Positions 1 through 14,014 are shown, numbered from the whole stretch's first letter. The stretch is DNA of 61,398 nucleotides, filler included, from Choristocarpus tenellus KU-1152 (GCA_964200185.2; 15 parts of 15 records of this genome joined end to end with filler, not necessarily neighbours in it); one strand, 5' to 3'. Numbers and translations: made by a program. Notes: a model not told the origin generated them from the sequence alone.

Positions 1-154
1 GTGTTGCTCATATTCCATTTGAAACTTGTCTCTTACTCTGTAGGTGCAACATGGCCATTGAGGCAGGGGGGTGAGGGTGGAGGGAAGATGGTGGGGGAAG
101 CTCAAGGTGAACATGAACTTTGAGAGGGATGCGTTTGAGTGGACACTCTCTTAC

Positions 155-3022
155 CATCCTTGTCAAAAGGTGTTGACAACATGGTTGCACCAGATCATAA
201 AATTGAGCAAACTCTTAATTGATTGAGATGTTCTGCTCAAGCATTCTCGCCTCCCACCTGTCCAAACATGTATGAACAAACGACTGGTAACCTGCCATGA
301 TCAAATAGACTTATGTATGATGGACCCCTCCCTCAACTTATTATGAGCACCCTGTTTCTGTAGCCAGGATGAACAATCCACAAGCAATAGTACATGTCGC
401 AGGAAAGAAGATGGTGACAAAAAAACATGATGCTCTACCAGCTAGAACCACCTGTCTGCAGTCACATATATATGTATATTGTCCAATTCTAACCTAGCTG
501 GGCATGTGTATTCTCAGACAGAGCAAAGTCTTCAGTTGCTGACCCATGTCATTGGCGCACAATCCCAGCTATTTGAGTTAAGCACCTCTTACCTTTTGTT
601 CGTACTTACGTGTGAAGTAGTGTAGTTGGAAGTGGCTGAACCTCAACCCAATCCTCAACCCTCTACTACTTTACCATCACTTAGAGAGAGAGAGTACATC
701 AGAACATGTTCACTATTTTGTACCTAACCCGAACAAGAAGAGCCTCAGCATTGCCAATAAAAACCGCTGCACTGGAAATACCTCATTCGCTGCCCCTTTG
801 TTCTCCCCTTATCCTGCCCCCGCCCTAAATCACCCCTCACCATGTTGGTTCTCTGCACCAATGAATGGATGGCATGAACAAACCGGAGGGGATTGCAGGA
901 GTTGGTAGGACTGATAGAGAAAGAATTGAGTATGGCGCAGGAAGAGAAACAGCACTTGTAGAAAACAATATTTCAATCAGACAACATACCACTGACTGCC
1001 GTCCATGGGTATGCATGATGTGGACACATGATACCGTTCTTGCCACTAACTTAGTGTGCTGAGCTTCTCTCTGCTCTTGAGGGTCGAAATAGCAGATACA
1101 AGAGAGCACAAGGATATATTCTACAACTATAACTAGCTCTCAAGAAGTAATTTTGTCAAATTGACTTCAGGCTCCATATAGTGAACGTATACCCAAATAT
1201 TTGGGGGTATCGAATGTTAGATTCAACAATACTGGAATTGTTGGTTCACGGCCATGAAGTAGTGGTGAAACAGGGTGCCTTTCCTTCCATCCTATGACCC
1301 CAAGGAATCAACAGCAGCACAGAGCATACAAACACAAAAAAAACACACTATAAAAACCTGGGACTCAGGCCCGCAGATATGCATCTCCTACATTGTCAAA
1401 GAGCAGACTGGCTACTGAAGAAGTTCTTCAACCTCCATCCTTTCTGGATACATGCCCAAACCGATACTTAAAGAGCTTGTGCCGCAAGCAAGGTCCTCAC
1501 CCACCTGAAAGCACGATTGGATTTGAATACAACTGGAACACGACTCTCTTGCCCATGATCAAAGACGGGGAAATGAATGGAGTTGTTTGGGTGAATAGAC
1601 AATAGCATGCTTTCACTATTTTAGAGACATGAAAAACAGTCCATCCAGGAGATGAGACTTGACACACCCTTGCACCCCAACTTCATGCTGATTAGATTTC
1701 CAGTGCATAATTTTCCTGTAAATTAAGATATTTCAAAGTACAGCACGCAAACTACTTTTACTGCTGCCACTACTACTTCTACACACACTCCAAACATATT
1801 TCAATCCGTTGGAAATGCTACCTTACATCCTTTCTGGAATCACCTTCGCAATCAATGTCCTACATACAGAAGTGCTGTCCAGTTGGCGACTTTCCTTTTA
1901 GCGATGTGTTTCACACACAAAAAAAGGTTGAAGTAGCGTGAAGCATCCTGAGCTCAACTTAATACACAAAATAAGCCTCAACTCCGGCAAAACATACAAG
2001 GTATGTGAAATACTGCGAGGTACTCAAATCACATCAGTTTCCCGTCAAAATGAAGAGGGTAAGAAATGTGTGACACACACATATATCCTGCTGTTAAGAA
2101 ACAACAATCTTGATCCGTGCCAGACCTTGTTGTGCATGGTGGTGTTCAAGAGGCATACGACCTCCCCTGCATCCACTACAAAACTTCGAAACACTTCAGC
2201 TGAATCTCCGCTACAGTGGTTACATTTCTAGCTCGTAATAGAGAGACCCTGTATTCAAGCCACAAGTTACCTTCCCCCTGTTGGATTATTGCACCGGATC
2301 CCCATGCGATGATGCTCTCTACTACACCCATCGATATGCTGTTGGTACACCAGCGCCGACGATCTGAATCTTTGATGCTTTCTAGACGCATGACAAAATT
2401 GAGAGGGTACACAATGCGGACACTGTTGAGCAAGCACATCCCTATCAGATCCATACCACAAGGTGAATACCACTAGAAATAGAAACTCACTCCTTAGTAT
2501 CCCCCATCAGGGTATGTACACCTTCAATCTCACTATCATCGATAAACTAAAGCAGTCTTAAGCAGCATACTATTCAGAGGACAAAAATTCTTTGAGCATG
2601 TCAACAGCTAGGCTGTGTGCCGCCTTCCGCCCAATCCGATAGCTAACAACATCCACCAGGCGTCGGTCCACTGTGCCCTTGCCTTTCCCCTTGCAAAACC
2701 TGCAAGCGGAAGGGGGAGTGCAAAACGCAGAATGATTTTGGATGATAGAAAAAAAGGACAACAGAGCGTTGTAACACAGACATTGGGAGAAGGGTTACTG
2801 ACCACGATGATCATCAAGAAGCCACAACTTCAAGAGCAAGAACTTAGTTTGAACCCCTCCCTGCAGTCATGTTGTGCACATGTACTAGTACCTCTGGCAA
2901 GTGCTTGTCAGAGGCATCAGTAAGACACGCAAGAGCCTGAGTGCGACCTCGCCAGACGTGTTCGAGCCAATGTGGTGGATGCTGTTAGCTACTGCCACGG
3001 TGCCAACCTTCCCTTCTTCTAC
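155..3022 (-). CDS. Multi-exon gene of unknown function (internal part)
   Basis: Phase-consistent GT-AG exon chain (~3022-2892, 2699-2571, ~2376-2271, ~2167-2127, ~1858-1826, ~1504-1416, ~910-841, 451-439, 213-155). It gives VEEGKVGTVAVANSIHH...RFCKGKGKGTVDRRLVDVVSYRIG...YIKDSDRRRWC...VVCLLNTTMHNKDIDCEGDSRKDVGEDL...HPTNSCNPLRFVHAIHSLVQRTNMVVLAEFAQFYDLVQPCCQHLLTRM. Some splice sites are weak and no family was recognised. Confidence 0.55.
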
Positions 3023-3598
3023 CTCTCACAGGTATTTGAAAACATTGGAAAAAAATAAAAAATAAACTAGGATATCTAAAATTAAAAAAAAGAGAAGAAG
3101 AACGGTTCCACCCCCAAGTATTTCTTAAATAGAAAACTGGCTTTCTTTCTGGCAGACTGCAGGACAAATTTAGAAATTTCCAATTTTCTTCCCACTTGGA
3201 AATCATTAGTCGGCAGAGCAGTACAGACTTCGAGAATTTAACCAAAAGGGTTAAAAGCAGTTCCATACATCCTGTCAAGAACCTTTTTCTTACTCCAAAT
3301 TATCATGCTGCTGACTAAATCCAACTATAAAACACTACCTTCTACCTGTAGATTTAATAAGAGATTGCACAGCTTAGAGCCATGTGATACAGGGATCAAT
3401 AAACATCACACCCACCCTGAGATCTGCCTACCTGAACAGGGACACCAAAAAATTCCAAAGTCCCTCTGGCTGCAAGCCTAAAAAAACTTATGAAAAAAAT
3501 AGTGGAAACAGGGTTCTTGCCCCCCCCCCAAAAAAAAAAAGAAAAAGAAGCTATCTTCACACAACCTCAATAACTTCTCTTTTTTTTAAAAAAAAAAA

Positions 3599-3698
3599 NN
3601 NNNNNNNNNNNNNNNNNNNNNNNNNNNNNNNNNNNNNNNNNNTTAATTAATTAANNNNNNNNNNNNNNNNNNNNNNNNNNNNNNNNNNNNNNNNNNNN
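3599..3698. other. Artificial contig linker N44-TTAATTAATTAA-N44 (first of 14)
   Basis: The same 100-nt spacer with six-frame stops also starts at 8027, 10631, 14335, 17863, 24382, 27095, 31572, 39553, 42642, 45976, 49722, 54461 and 58256. Confidence 0.98.
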
Positions 3699-3765
3699 CG
3701 TCTGTCTACTTCACTTCCCCCCTCCCCCTCCCCCCGGTACCCCATGATTACATATCATGAATCAG

Positions 3766-6700
3766 GTAAACGCTCTGCTTAGTATCTGTGACAATCCCAT
3801 TCATCGCCTGTCGGTGGAGCTGGGTCACAGGTTATGTGAGACCCTACGCCAATGTGTTGGAGGTGCACTCACAGAGTTGAAGGAGGTGCTCTGCCTGTCT
3901 TTTGAGGTGTGATGGAAGTGTTCTGTTCTCAGTTTTCGTTACTGATAGTGACAAATTCACCTTATTGTTGTCTCCTTAGCTTTGACCATGGTTTATCCCT
4001 GTCATCCAGATCTTTGAACATACTGTTGTAGGCAGAACCTCAACTATATATAAAGGTTCAACTTTATAACAACAGACATGTATATAACGTGTAGCCAATA
4101 ACAAAAAAAAAGAAAAGTGTGTGCTTCTTGTATTTGTATCTTACTTCCAATTCCCTTCACATGTATATTATGTTATGGTGTACTTGGTGGTCTTGTGCAG
4201 TACTGACAGAAGAAGGAAGTAGACTCTTTGACACATTGACAGAGACCCTTGGAAGACATTTTCCTGGTCATTTTCAATTCCGCTGCAGTAGTTAGCTAAT
4301 AGGCCAACACAAGAAACTGTGCTTGAGTAGTGTGGCATTGTTGGCATGTGTGTGTATGTGTGTGTGCGTGTTGTTACAAAGCCATTTTTATTTGTTTCAA
4401 TGGCTCAATTTGTTACTAACCCTAACCCTAACTCAATTTGTTACTGACAGACACGCAACCTCCGAGAAATGAGTGCACTTAGTGTTTTGGATGAGGGGGA
4501 TCTCATGGCACTACCTTCACAGCTTCCTGTCAGTCAGAGGTCCTCAACGGTGAGCTAGATTGTTGTGAAGGTACAACAAATTCATGGACAGTTGAACTTG
4601 AATTTGTACCTGTTATTGATTGCATAAATATCCCTCTTTGTGTAGAGGGATGTATTTGCCTAGTTGGAAACATCTCCTAATGATTATTGATATTATAATG
4701 CAATGCACTGCAGAGATGTGATACAATAGTAAGAACAATATTTGTAGCTAGAAATAGAAAGGAAATGAAATTACTGTGGAGGCAGTTTGTTGACCCAAGC
4801 AGGGACGGATATCATGAGGGACAAACTTGACCATCTCACATACTAGGGTCGGATTGTAACATGTCGGTTCATTTGCATGAGACAACCCAATTGCTGAACT
4901 ACTGTGCAACACTGCACACAGTTGAAGTAATTTGTATCATTGTAGTACAATGCACAATTGCCTGATTGAAGCAACTTGTTTTCAGTCAAATTTGTTTTTT
5001 TCTATGATCTGGTTTTGGACTTGAGTAACAATACAAATTTACACGTCTGTTCCTTTTTTTGTACAATTCAAGTACAGGTACAGGTACAAGTTCACACAAT
5101 GCATTCATGGACCAACCCTTGGACCATGCAACTGCCCTAACATTTTGCCATCATTCAATACACACATCGCCCTCTGCAAAGTAAACCACCGCCATGTAAG
5201 GTACTAGTACCCTTGCGGTCCACATCAGTTCCAGTAAGCTGACCATACTATCATTAGTGGAGTTCAGGTCCTGTTAATATTGATATTCTATTAGAATTAC
5301 ATTTAACAACCCTAGTACCTTTTTGGCACACTCTCCACGATGTGTTGTGTGTGTGTTAGGTAATGCTCCACAGTGAACTATCCCGTTGTGACCAGTATGG
5401 GATATGGGTGTGCCTTATGGGTTTGGTGATGCCTGGTACTGTCCTGTGTCAGTCGGAGCTGCTTGAGCTGTGGACAACAGTGTGTAAGGAGTATCTCCTT
5501 GTGCCGGTAAAGCTGATGTGGTGTAGTGTTTGATGATAACACTATTGCTATTGTGGTTTAGTGTTAGGTGATAACAAGCTATAGCTGGTAGTTTTGTGAG
5601 TGTGTGTGTGTGTGTGTGTATGTTTTGTAAGTGGCAAGCTGATTGAACACAAGCTATGTTAATACCGGAGAATATACCTTAATTTGATTGTCAGCCCCTG
5701 AGAAAGAAATGATGTACCATTAATGTTAGCAGTACTCAATACCAAGTGAGAAATGTGTAGTAGGGTAGATTGGGTGATGATGAACAGGTATAAGCCATGT
5801 GTTACAGCTCTGTAGCTTCTCTGTGACTACCTTCTGTGCAAATCGCCCTTATAGCCAGCCCTCGAGACCACTCAAGACCACCCAGAATAGCCTGGAGCGC
5901 TTGCACGTATGTTTTTGGAGCCTTCAGTAGCTTCCAATAGTGGTATGATACCTCTCCATGATTATTCATACCCCATTTCCTTTCCTTTTTATCAAAATTT
6001 GACAAAATTTGGCATGTAGTACAAGCTTATATTTTTGTTTGTTTTCTATGCTAGAAGAACCAAAATTTTACATAGCACATCAAGATGAAATCAACGAAAA
6101 TTGCTGCATACCAAGTCCGACCTGGTTAAGAGCAAAATTAGAAAATCAACTATTAGTATTATTATCATTTTATTTTATTTTTATTTTTAATAATAAGACA
6201 AGACTGAGAGAGTGTATGTTGCAAGCAATGAACTTAGTGCAGTTTTAAAAGAATGGGAATGGGAGGCCCCTTTGTCAGCAATGGCAGTCTATTGTACACA
6301 TCTGGGCCTAACCGTAAGTGTATGAGTATCACTATTACTATCATTATTACTATCACCATCACTATCACTATCGATAAGCCTTGACTTTACTTTCTCATTC
6401 TGTATAGTCCAGACACTGACTCCACGGAGCAAGTCCTATGTGCATGAAACATGAAACATGAAATATGAAACATGAAACACGAAACTGTCAATAGATTTTT
6501 GACTCGTTTTGCTGGGTGTGTTCACTTCCTCCCAAATTAGTCTGTTGGCAGGTTGCTGTTAATATTATGTTATTGTTATTATTAGTAGTAGTAGTAGTAG
6601 TAGTAATGGTAATAGTATTAGTATTATTCTGTTTACCTCCACCATTCTCGTGTGCACCTCCTTTACCTCCTTTACCTCCACCTTCAGCTCTTGTATCTGA

Positions 6701-7340
6701 TGGTGTTTCTGATCTTTCAACACAGATCTTCCGAGACACAACTCTCAATCTGCACTCAGAGGTGGAGAAGATGCTGACTTGGTTCCCTCCAAAGGGTGTA
6801 ACTTGTGAGTCTAAGTTGGGAATTGGAAATTGGTCAATAAACTGTGTGTGGTGGGTACATGACACTTGGGAGTACAATACAACGATGTTGATCTCATATG
6901 AAACATGAAGGAGAGGGCTATCTAAGTTCCTCTTGCAGGGAAGGTTGCTATTGAAATGTTGTAAGATCTGACGCAAGATGGTTATCAAGACACATTACAC
7001 ACTTGTAGGTGAAGGGTAAGATGAAGCCCAAATTTGGGAGTCAGCAGGAAGCCCTAACCCTAAACCCAGATGTTTATATTTCATACTTTTGAGTATGTCT
7101 TGATAAACATGTATCCATGTTATTTGTTGAATAGTGTCACATTATTTTTAACTGCAACAAGCAGTGGCACTCCCAGAAGACATGAGGCTAAAGAAGTATG
7201 TCAAGCAGCTATCAAGGGATGCTGCTACACAATGTGGACTAAGGCACCGTGAGAGGAGGGCCTACTTGAGGGAAGAGCTACGGAATATCCTAGCTCTTGT
7301 TAGGGCCAGTCCTGGCATGCTTGGGCCCAAGTTGCCTATG
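3766..7340 (+). CDS. NCKAP1: Nck-associated protein 1 (NAP1/NCKAP1/Hem, SCAR/WAVE complex), five internal exons
   Basis: Exons 3766-3906, 4451-4549, 5360-5506, 6726-6804 and 7165-7340 have AG/GT boundaries and consistent phases. The spliced protein ...LLVPIFRDTTLNLHSEVEK...CGLRHRERRAYLREELRNILALVRASPGMLGPKLPM matches the Nap1 signatures (L/I)FRD and HRERRxxLRxxL...PGxLGPK. Confidence 0.88.
6442..6484 (+). repeat. (CATGAAA)n minisatellite in an NCKAP1 intron
   Basis: About six tandem CATGAAA/TATGAAA/CACGAAA units. Confidence 0.9.
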
Positions 7341-8126
7341 GTGAGCTGGTGTGTTAGTTGTTTGTGGTGTATTGGATGTGCTGGATTTGTCAAGTTGTTA
7401 AGTTATATGGAGATGGGGAGGTGTAGCTATGTTACATTGTCCTTGAGAAAATATGTGATGCCAAGTTCAAAGGAGTTTTCGGAAAGTCTGGGTTGTGAGG
7501 ACTTTTTTGCATCATAGAACTAGAATTGTGCATCAAACCCAGAGGGAAACAATACCAGTAATAATTAAAAAGATGTGTCCCCAGAGGTAGGTTTGTCCTT
7601 GACCTAATTTACCCCTGCAGCAGACTTGTACCTTTTTTGTACCCTATCAAGTCAACCAAGATTATTATGATAACATTGACCTTGTCAGCCGACTGAGATG
7701 ATTAAGGTAATTGTGATACAATTAGTATTGTCAGCCAACTAAGATAATCAAGATAATTATTGAGTCTTGTCCTGCTTTTGTTTTGTGCCTTCATGTGGTC
7801 TGTCTCCCTTTCGGTGCAGAGTTGCCCTTATCCCCACATGTTAGGTATTTTTTGTATTTAGTTATTTTTATTCTTCTAACTGTACACACCTATTTCTAGA
7901 GTTGTGAAATAAAATAAAAAAGATTTCATAGTTTAAATCAAGTAATTACATTTTAAATCGGATAGGAAGTGTGTTATTTGCCAAGTGCCATGCAGCACCA
8001 CGTAGTACCATGAGGCAAAAGCCCCCNNNNNNNNNNNNNNNNNNNNNNNNNNNNNNNNNNNNNNNNNNNNTTAATTAATTAANNNNNNNNNNNNNNNNNN
8101 NNNNNNNNNNNNNNNNNNNNNNNNNN

Positions 8127-8900
8127 ATCGTGCAGTAAATGGATTGGATAACCAGTAAAAATTCTTGTCCCTCGTGTTGGTGACTTGAGAATTCGTGTTT
8201 ACTGTTATCATACTCCTTTGCATAGTCTGTATATCATGCATTGCTATCGTGTCATAACCTATCGTGTCAGTAAAGAGATTATCGTGGGTATGTGTGGTAC
8301 AGATCATGGCCAATTTTATTATTATGTTTTTTTTGTTACTGTTTTTTTTCTTCTTCTGTTTCTTCTTTCCTTTTTTAGTTGTTTGATTGTGTGTTGGCAT
8401 ACTTGTTTTAAGTCTAGTGTCTTTTGGCCAGATCTCGTTGTACCCACATACTATAATCATTTACATAGGTTGTCCATCTAATTTAGACAAATCGTGTTTG
8501 TGTCATTTTGTCATAGATGGGTATAGTCTATCGTTTTGTGAAGTGATGAGATAACTGGTAACAGATGTCAGTTAACCTGTTCACGTCTAGCTCTGACTTG
8601 GCATCTCGTGTTTACCAGGTTCATCAATCCTTGCAAATAGACTATACATAAATGTTGGTGGATTAGATAAATTAATATACAATTAATTTTATCTCTCAAC
8701 TCTCCTCGTTTGCATGAGTGGACACATGCGGTGGTGAAGAGACCGTTATCACCGGGCACATTATATTAGCTCGTGTATGCTAAAGGTGGCTGTTCATTAC
8801 ATCATGTCACGTTTTCATTAAATTGATTTCTTGATCATCATGAAATGACTAATCCCATCCTAAAACAGAAATAAATAAAAGAATTGAAGAATCAAGTCTA
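8127..8900 (+). mobile_element. Gypsy-associated non-coding repeat (3' region or LTR-like)
   Basis: Reverse-complement homolog of ~46830-47830, which lies directly downstream of the Gypsy integrase at 47840-48680 (shared ATCGTGCxGTAAATGGATTGGATAAC...). Confidence 0.6.
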
Positions 8901-9172
8901 CCTCCAGGTAAGAGATGGAGACTTCAGGTGAGCCATACATGTTATTTATTTATTTATTTTTCTTATGGCATGATTCCCCCGACATGATGTAATGACCGTA
9001 CAGTCACCTCGTATCGTCTTAGGAGAGTTTAGCCACCAACATCGTATGTCCGAGTTGTCCACTTGGAATATTGTAGTCTTCGTGAACAATATTCCAATCG
9101 ATATCAGAATTGAGGAAGGAGAGTGGGTGCACACATTTGATCTCATCGTTTGCTGTGTTGATTTGGTCATGT

Positions 9173-9428
9173 AAGCCAAAGTATCTTAGAGGGCAGAGCC
9201 GCGTCCACTCGGGGGCCAAAATCCAATGTTGCGATTTTGATGTAATTTTGGCCATCGTGTTTGGTAGGAAGTGTCAATATCCTTGTTCCGGACACACCTT
9301 TTCATAACATACACATTTTTCCTACTCTGAAACTTTTTGAGTAGAAAAATGTAATAAAAACACCGAGGGAAGTCAAGCCCCAAATGGACAAACAGGCCAA
9401 AACTCGTACCTCTAAGATACTTTCACTC
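9173..9428. mobile_element. MITE family A (~256 bp)
   Basis: TIR AAAGTATCTTAGAGG...CCTCTAAGATACTTT, flanked by a TGT/TGT duplication; five more copies in the window. Confidence 0.9.
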
Positions 9429-10549
9429 TGTAACATGCAATGTTGTTTTCATGCATCAGAGTGGTGATCAAATCGTCGTATAACACCCGTATAGCAATGT
9501 CCAATCACAAACACTAGTCAAACTGTTTGTTGACATCGTATACAGTGTTTGCTTCTCGTATCCCCATTGAGTGTATCCTCTGTTTTATACAAGATAATAG
9601 AGACCCTATATGCTGGCCACATATACCTCTAGCCTCGTCGTTAGGCAGATTGATATGCTGATACCATACTCTCAGACCTCGTAAACTTGATTGGTGTGCT
9701 GACCACACACCATCGACCTTAGGCTAATGTTATCCCCTGATCAGATATTCATTATGTACCTCGTTTATATAATACACTTCATTTTGTATTAATGGAGTCG
9801 TGTAATACAATGGTGCAATAGTATACTAACAGTCACACATGTTTCCCATTTCGCTCCCAGAGCTCACTTTTTGGTTGACCTTGAATCAAGTTTACATGGC
9901 TTCAAGCCCGATCAGAAGGGAGGGTGATGTGGAAAGCATGGTTGCCTGTTGTTATGCCGTTATTGTCGTATGCCATATACCGTTATATCATTGTACCGAT
10001 TGAGGTTCCTTGTCAAGCATCCATGATTCCACTGGCGCACCTCCCGTCAGAATGAAACCATGGAATCTCTTCACGTGACCAATCCCACAGGCTTGAGACA
10101 GATCGTCAGAGTTGTCACACGCGGAAGATCCACTTTGTTCTCACGTCTTGACTTGTTGAAGCCCCATCTTTGATGATGCTCATCACTCCTCAATTTGCAC
10201 TTGTCCAACCTTAACCTCGTACCCTCGGTTACGTTTGTCTTTGTTCGTCCGGTCTGTCTTGCCCGGTGATTCTCTGCACCACCCTTGCCTGAGTGAACCA
10301 CGCCGCCACAGAATTCACACGATTCACAATTATTTGGTTTTAAATATTTTCCCTAACATTATTTATGTAGATGTGCGTTGTTACACTTTTATATTTTGTC
10401 TTGATTATTTCATTATTATTGATATTTTCAAATTGTGTATTCTACGATTCTTTGAGGAACATAACTGGTATCTGCCATTTTTATTCAGGGTTAATAGAAC
10501 TTCAAAATCTGAATTTAATTTGCGTAGGTGTTTTACAATAGAAGTTCTT

Positions 10550-10630
10550 AGTTCAAAGTATCCGGGTGGCGGCTGTCCATTTGGGGTCAATTTTTTCATG
10601 TCGCGATTTTTGGGTGATTTGGTTGCATAC
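10550..10630. mobile_element. MITE family B, truncated at contig end
   Basis: GTTCAAAGTATCCGGG followed by internal sequence matching 15019-15197. Confidence 0.8.
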
Positions 10631-12039
10631 NNNNNNNNNNNNNNNNNNNNNNNNNNNNNNNNNNNNNNNNNNNNTTAATTAATTAANNNNNNNNNNNNNN
10701 NNNNNNNNNNNNNNNNNNNNNNNNNNNNNNCTCCTGTTGATCCCCCTCCCCCCCAGGTACTTTGGAACTGCTCGCAATATACTTACTTTGTGAGCTGAAA
10801 TGGATTGGACTGAGATCAGCTCCCAACGGGACCTTTCCGTCACATCAACCTTCCCCCCATGTGGGCTCTGTCTGCACACGAGAAAAAAAACCCTGTCTGA
10901 TCGGCACATCATGGCAGATAGTCCCTTGGGAGAAAATAAAATGAGTTTTATCTGAGTATCCCAAGAATGTTCATTTGGCCAATTTGAGGAAATTCCTTTA
11001 AAGATTGTCCTGTACAGAGTTGAACTCCAAAGTTGTTCATAGTGAAGTTACCAGGTATGCCATAAAAACAAAAACAAATATGAATCATCTGCGTATCCCA
11101 TAAATTTCCAGTGGCCAATTTGGAGGAGTCCCTTGAAAGGTTGTCCTGAGCAGGGTTGGAATCCCAAACTTTTTTCCATGATGGAAAATATACTATTGTA
11201 CCTTGACTCAGGGGTTATGAATATTAGGTCCAAGGAATTTTGGTAATAAAGAACGGTGCTTGGGTCATTGTGGTGATCAAGGTTCAAAATATCTCAAGAG
11301 GGACTGCTCTGAGGCGGATGGTTTTCAAGGAATTGAATCAGTGGCCACCTTTTTTTTTTCAGGGGTGGATCTTTGCCTTGGATTTTATTATCGTACTCCT
11401 CAAGCCCGAAGGATTCAAGCCTAGAAATTATCATCCTGAGTATTCACATCAATTACTCTTTTTCCAGGTAGGGTGGAAGCAATCTTGGGGATGAAAGATG
11501 AGGTGGATGGGGATCTTCTTCCATTCGTGCTCGACCAAAAAGGGTAAAAAGTCCTGACCCCCCATTACACGTATGGACCTATCAAAATATTCATTTGAGT
11601 GTGGTTAAAAAAGTATGCGTGCACAAAGTAGGCGAAAACGTTATTAAACTAGCGGAGAAGTCGTCAACGAGTTCATGTTGAAAGAGGATTTGAAAAAATC
11701 ATCTCTACTTCTTTTAGTGGAGTTTGGTACTGTATCGGGTCGGCAACCCACATTGTGAGCAGTAGATGTAGTCACAGGGATGTTGCCTTGATAGCTTGAA
11801 GCAAAAGCTTGTTGAATGCTTTCGACAACAATGATGGCAATTGATCGAGCCATGCGTTTCTGGAAAGATTGCGATGGTTCTGCAACTATTGTGGCAAAGG
11901 TTGGCGGAGAGGATTGTAAATACTCTGGCATCGGTACCACTTTGGTCTCAAGGAGATTTTGAATGCTCTAGCATTAGTGCACTTTTGTCAGGAGAAGCAT
12001 CCCGATTTCATCGCAATATGTATGGTTCAATCATTTTCG

Positions 12040-12860
12040 TACACTGACCTGGTTTTATTTTTCTTTCCGCCAGACATCACTAACTGGTGGCGCAAAACCT
12101 CTAAAACTAAGCCAGTGTGAATAATTTTGTTGGGATTAATAACCCACTCCAGGTTTATAGTCTGCAATGCCCTCAACAAAAAGTATGACCCTAAAGTTGG
12201 TTGAGCGCTCAAACCTCGTTCAATATCTGGTTCAGGTACTATTCTGACTAAAAATAAGGTATTGAGAGAATCAATATCTGGTTCAGGAGGGTGGCCTTCT
12301 TTGTGGGGCGTAGGACATGGTATATGCACAGCTATTTCTCGATTGTTAGCTTGCGCCTTCAAGCGGTAGACTACCAGAGCTGTTATCTCTTTTACTTTAT
12401 ATGGTCCTCTCCACGGGGACAATAACTTGGAGTTAGGAGTGTCTGCCGAAGTGTGGGGTTTGTGTAGCAACACCTTAGTACACCACCTATATAAAGAGGA
12501 AGTGTACGTCCAATGGCCTTGGACTCGTTGCGCAAAGTCACTTCACCAATTTCTGTCTAGCTAGTTCATATGCTAGTTGTGAATTATCCCCTGTTTTACT
12601 GTACTCTTGTGTAGAGATAGGGATGGCTTCTGGCTCTCCCAAAGTGATATCAATCGGTAATAAGGGACGTTCTCCCAAACATAAAGTGTTTTTCTTTTAT
12701 GGGGGCGTTATGTACAGTATTTTGGACCAGTTGCACAAAAGACAATAATGATGACCAATCCGATTGCTTCATATTTAAGTACATAGCTAACATGCCACTC
12801 ATTTTATTATAAACCCTTCCAAGAATGCCATTCCTTTGAGGACTATACAGTGTGTTGTTT
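12040..12860 (-). mobile_element. Ty3/Gypsy integrase C-terminal relic
   Basis: VLLHKPHTSADTPNSKLLSPWRGPYKV (GPY/F motif), with a degenerate YHPQGNG-like motif upstream; homologous to 47840-48680. Confidence 0.8.
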
Positions 12861-12959
12861 TTTATTGTCTTGTTTTGCTCATGAATTCTGGATTATTAGT
12901 ATTTTATTCTACGTTTGTATTCCTCCCTATTCCCTTTTCTCCCCACATTCTAACAACCC

Positions 12960-13170
12960 TTGTGACCAACCAGTGCCACCTCTGCGCCACTGTTTTCCAG
13001 CCACTGTCCACCTCTAATGACCAACCAGAGCGAACCCCTGTTCGCCCCTGATTTCCAATCACCCCTACAACCAATGACCAACCAGGGCGAACCCTTCACC
13101 ACTGATTTCTAGTCACCCCCCCTATCCGATGACTAACCAGTGTGACCCCTTTCGCCACTGATTTCCGGTC
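12960..13170 (+). repeat. Degenerate ~56-bp tandem repeat (3-4 copies)
   Basis: Recurring TGACCAACCAG...CCACTGATTT units. Confidence 0.7.
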
Positions 13171-13679
13171 TCTACCACCCCTTTCACCCCTATTCAACCC
13201 CACACCAGTTACCACTCCAGTCAACCCCACCACACTTACCACTCTACCACACCATTCAACACCATTCAACACCACTCCACAATCATCCAAGAACCCCCCT
13301 TCATCATCACCTTCATACCGTGCCTTTGAGCTACAAGACATCTACCCTGCCCGAACTTGACCTCCCCTCCCACCCTAAGATCCAAGTCGGTCGTGAGCAA
13401 GCGACAGGGCGGGTGGGCAGGAAAGCTTGCTAGGGGGTCCTCTTGATCTAGCCCTCCTCGTCTTGTTACCCCAGCCTCAGATTACCTCTTCAATTCAATA
13501 CTGTTCATTCCTTCTCCCCTTGTGCCTCCGTCTGCCACCTATTTTCTTACCCACTCAATCTTTAACTCTTTGTTCCCTCCTTGATGCTTTTATTTCTTCC
13601 TGTCCCCTTCCTTGCCTTGTGCCTCCAACCAACCAGAATTCTTCCACCCACAAAACTCAGATTACTTCATAAACTTTCC

Positions 13680-13860
13680 GATCTACGAATCTTTCGTAGT
13701 TCCAACACAAATTCATTTTCGAGTTCCTTAGCTTGGTCTGAGTGTAAGATTTCAGGGGCAACGTGTTGCTGACATATGCGTTGGAGGATTAGATAGGGTA
13801 GAAGGTGATGTTTTTTGGCTTTTGCTTACTCGTTAGATTCTTGTTGTTGTGGTAATACAG
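13680..13860 (-). mobile_element. Gypsy integrase core relic
   Basis: QHVAPEILHSDQAKELENEFVLEL corresponds to the rve-type P..LHSDQG.EF motif. Confidence 0.7.
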
Positions 13861-14014
13861 GTTTGCCGTAGATTCCAGAGACAGGAACATATTCGCATTG
13901 GAGTCTGCAGTTTCAGGCGTTCAAGCTCGCCTACCAGGATTTTCCAGTACACTGACAGTGCGTGAGGGATCAAGGCACTTTAATGGCCTGTGTGAGCTTC
14001 TGAGGGGGATACGT

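Noticed and set aside
2571-2699. Weak resemblance to the RNA polymerase largest-subunit C-terminus
   Set aside because: The conserved RH/SFEE motifs are absent in the spliced model.
3643-3654. Regularly recurring TTAATTAATTAA palindromic repeat
   Set aside because: Artificial six-frame-stop linker between contigs, not biology.
6488-6988. 166-aa and 130-aa predicted ORFs
   Set aside because: They are microsatellite-derived intron sequence around a 79-nt NCKAP1 exon.
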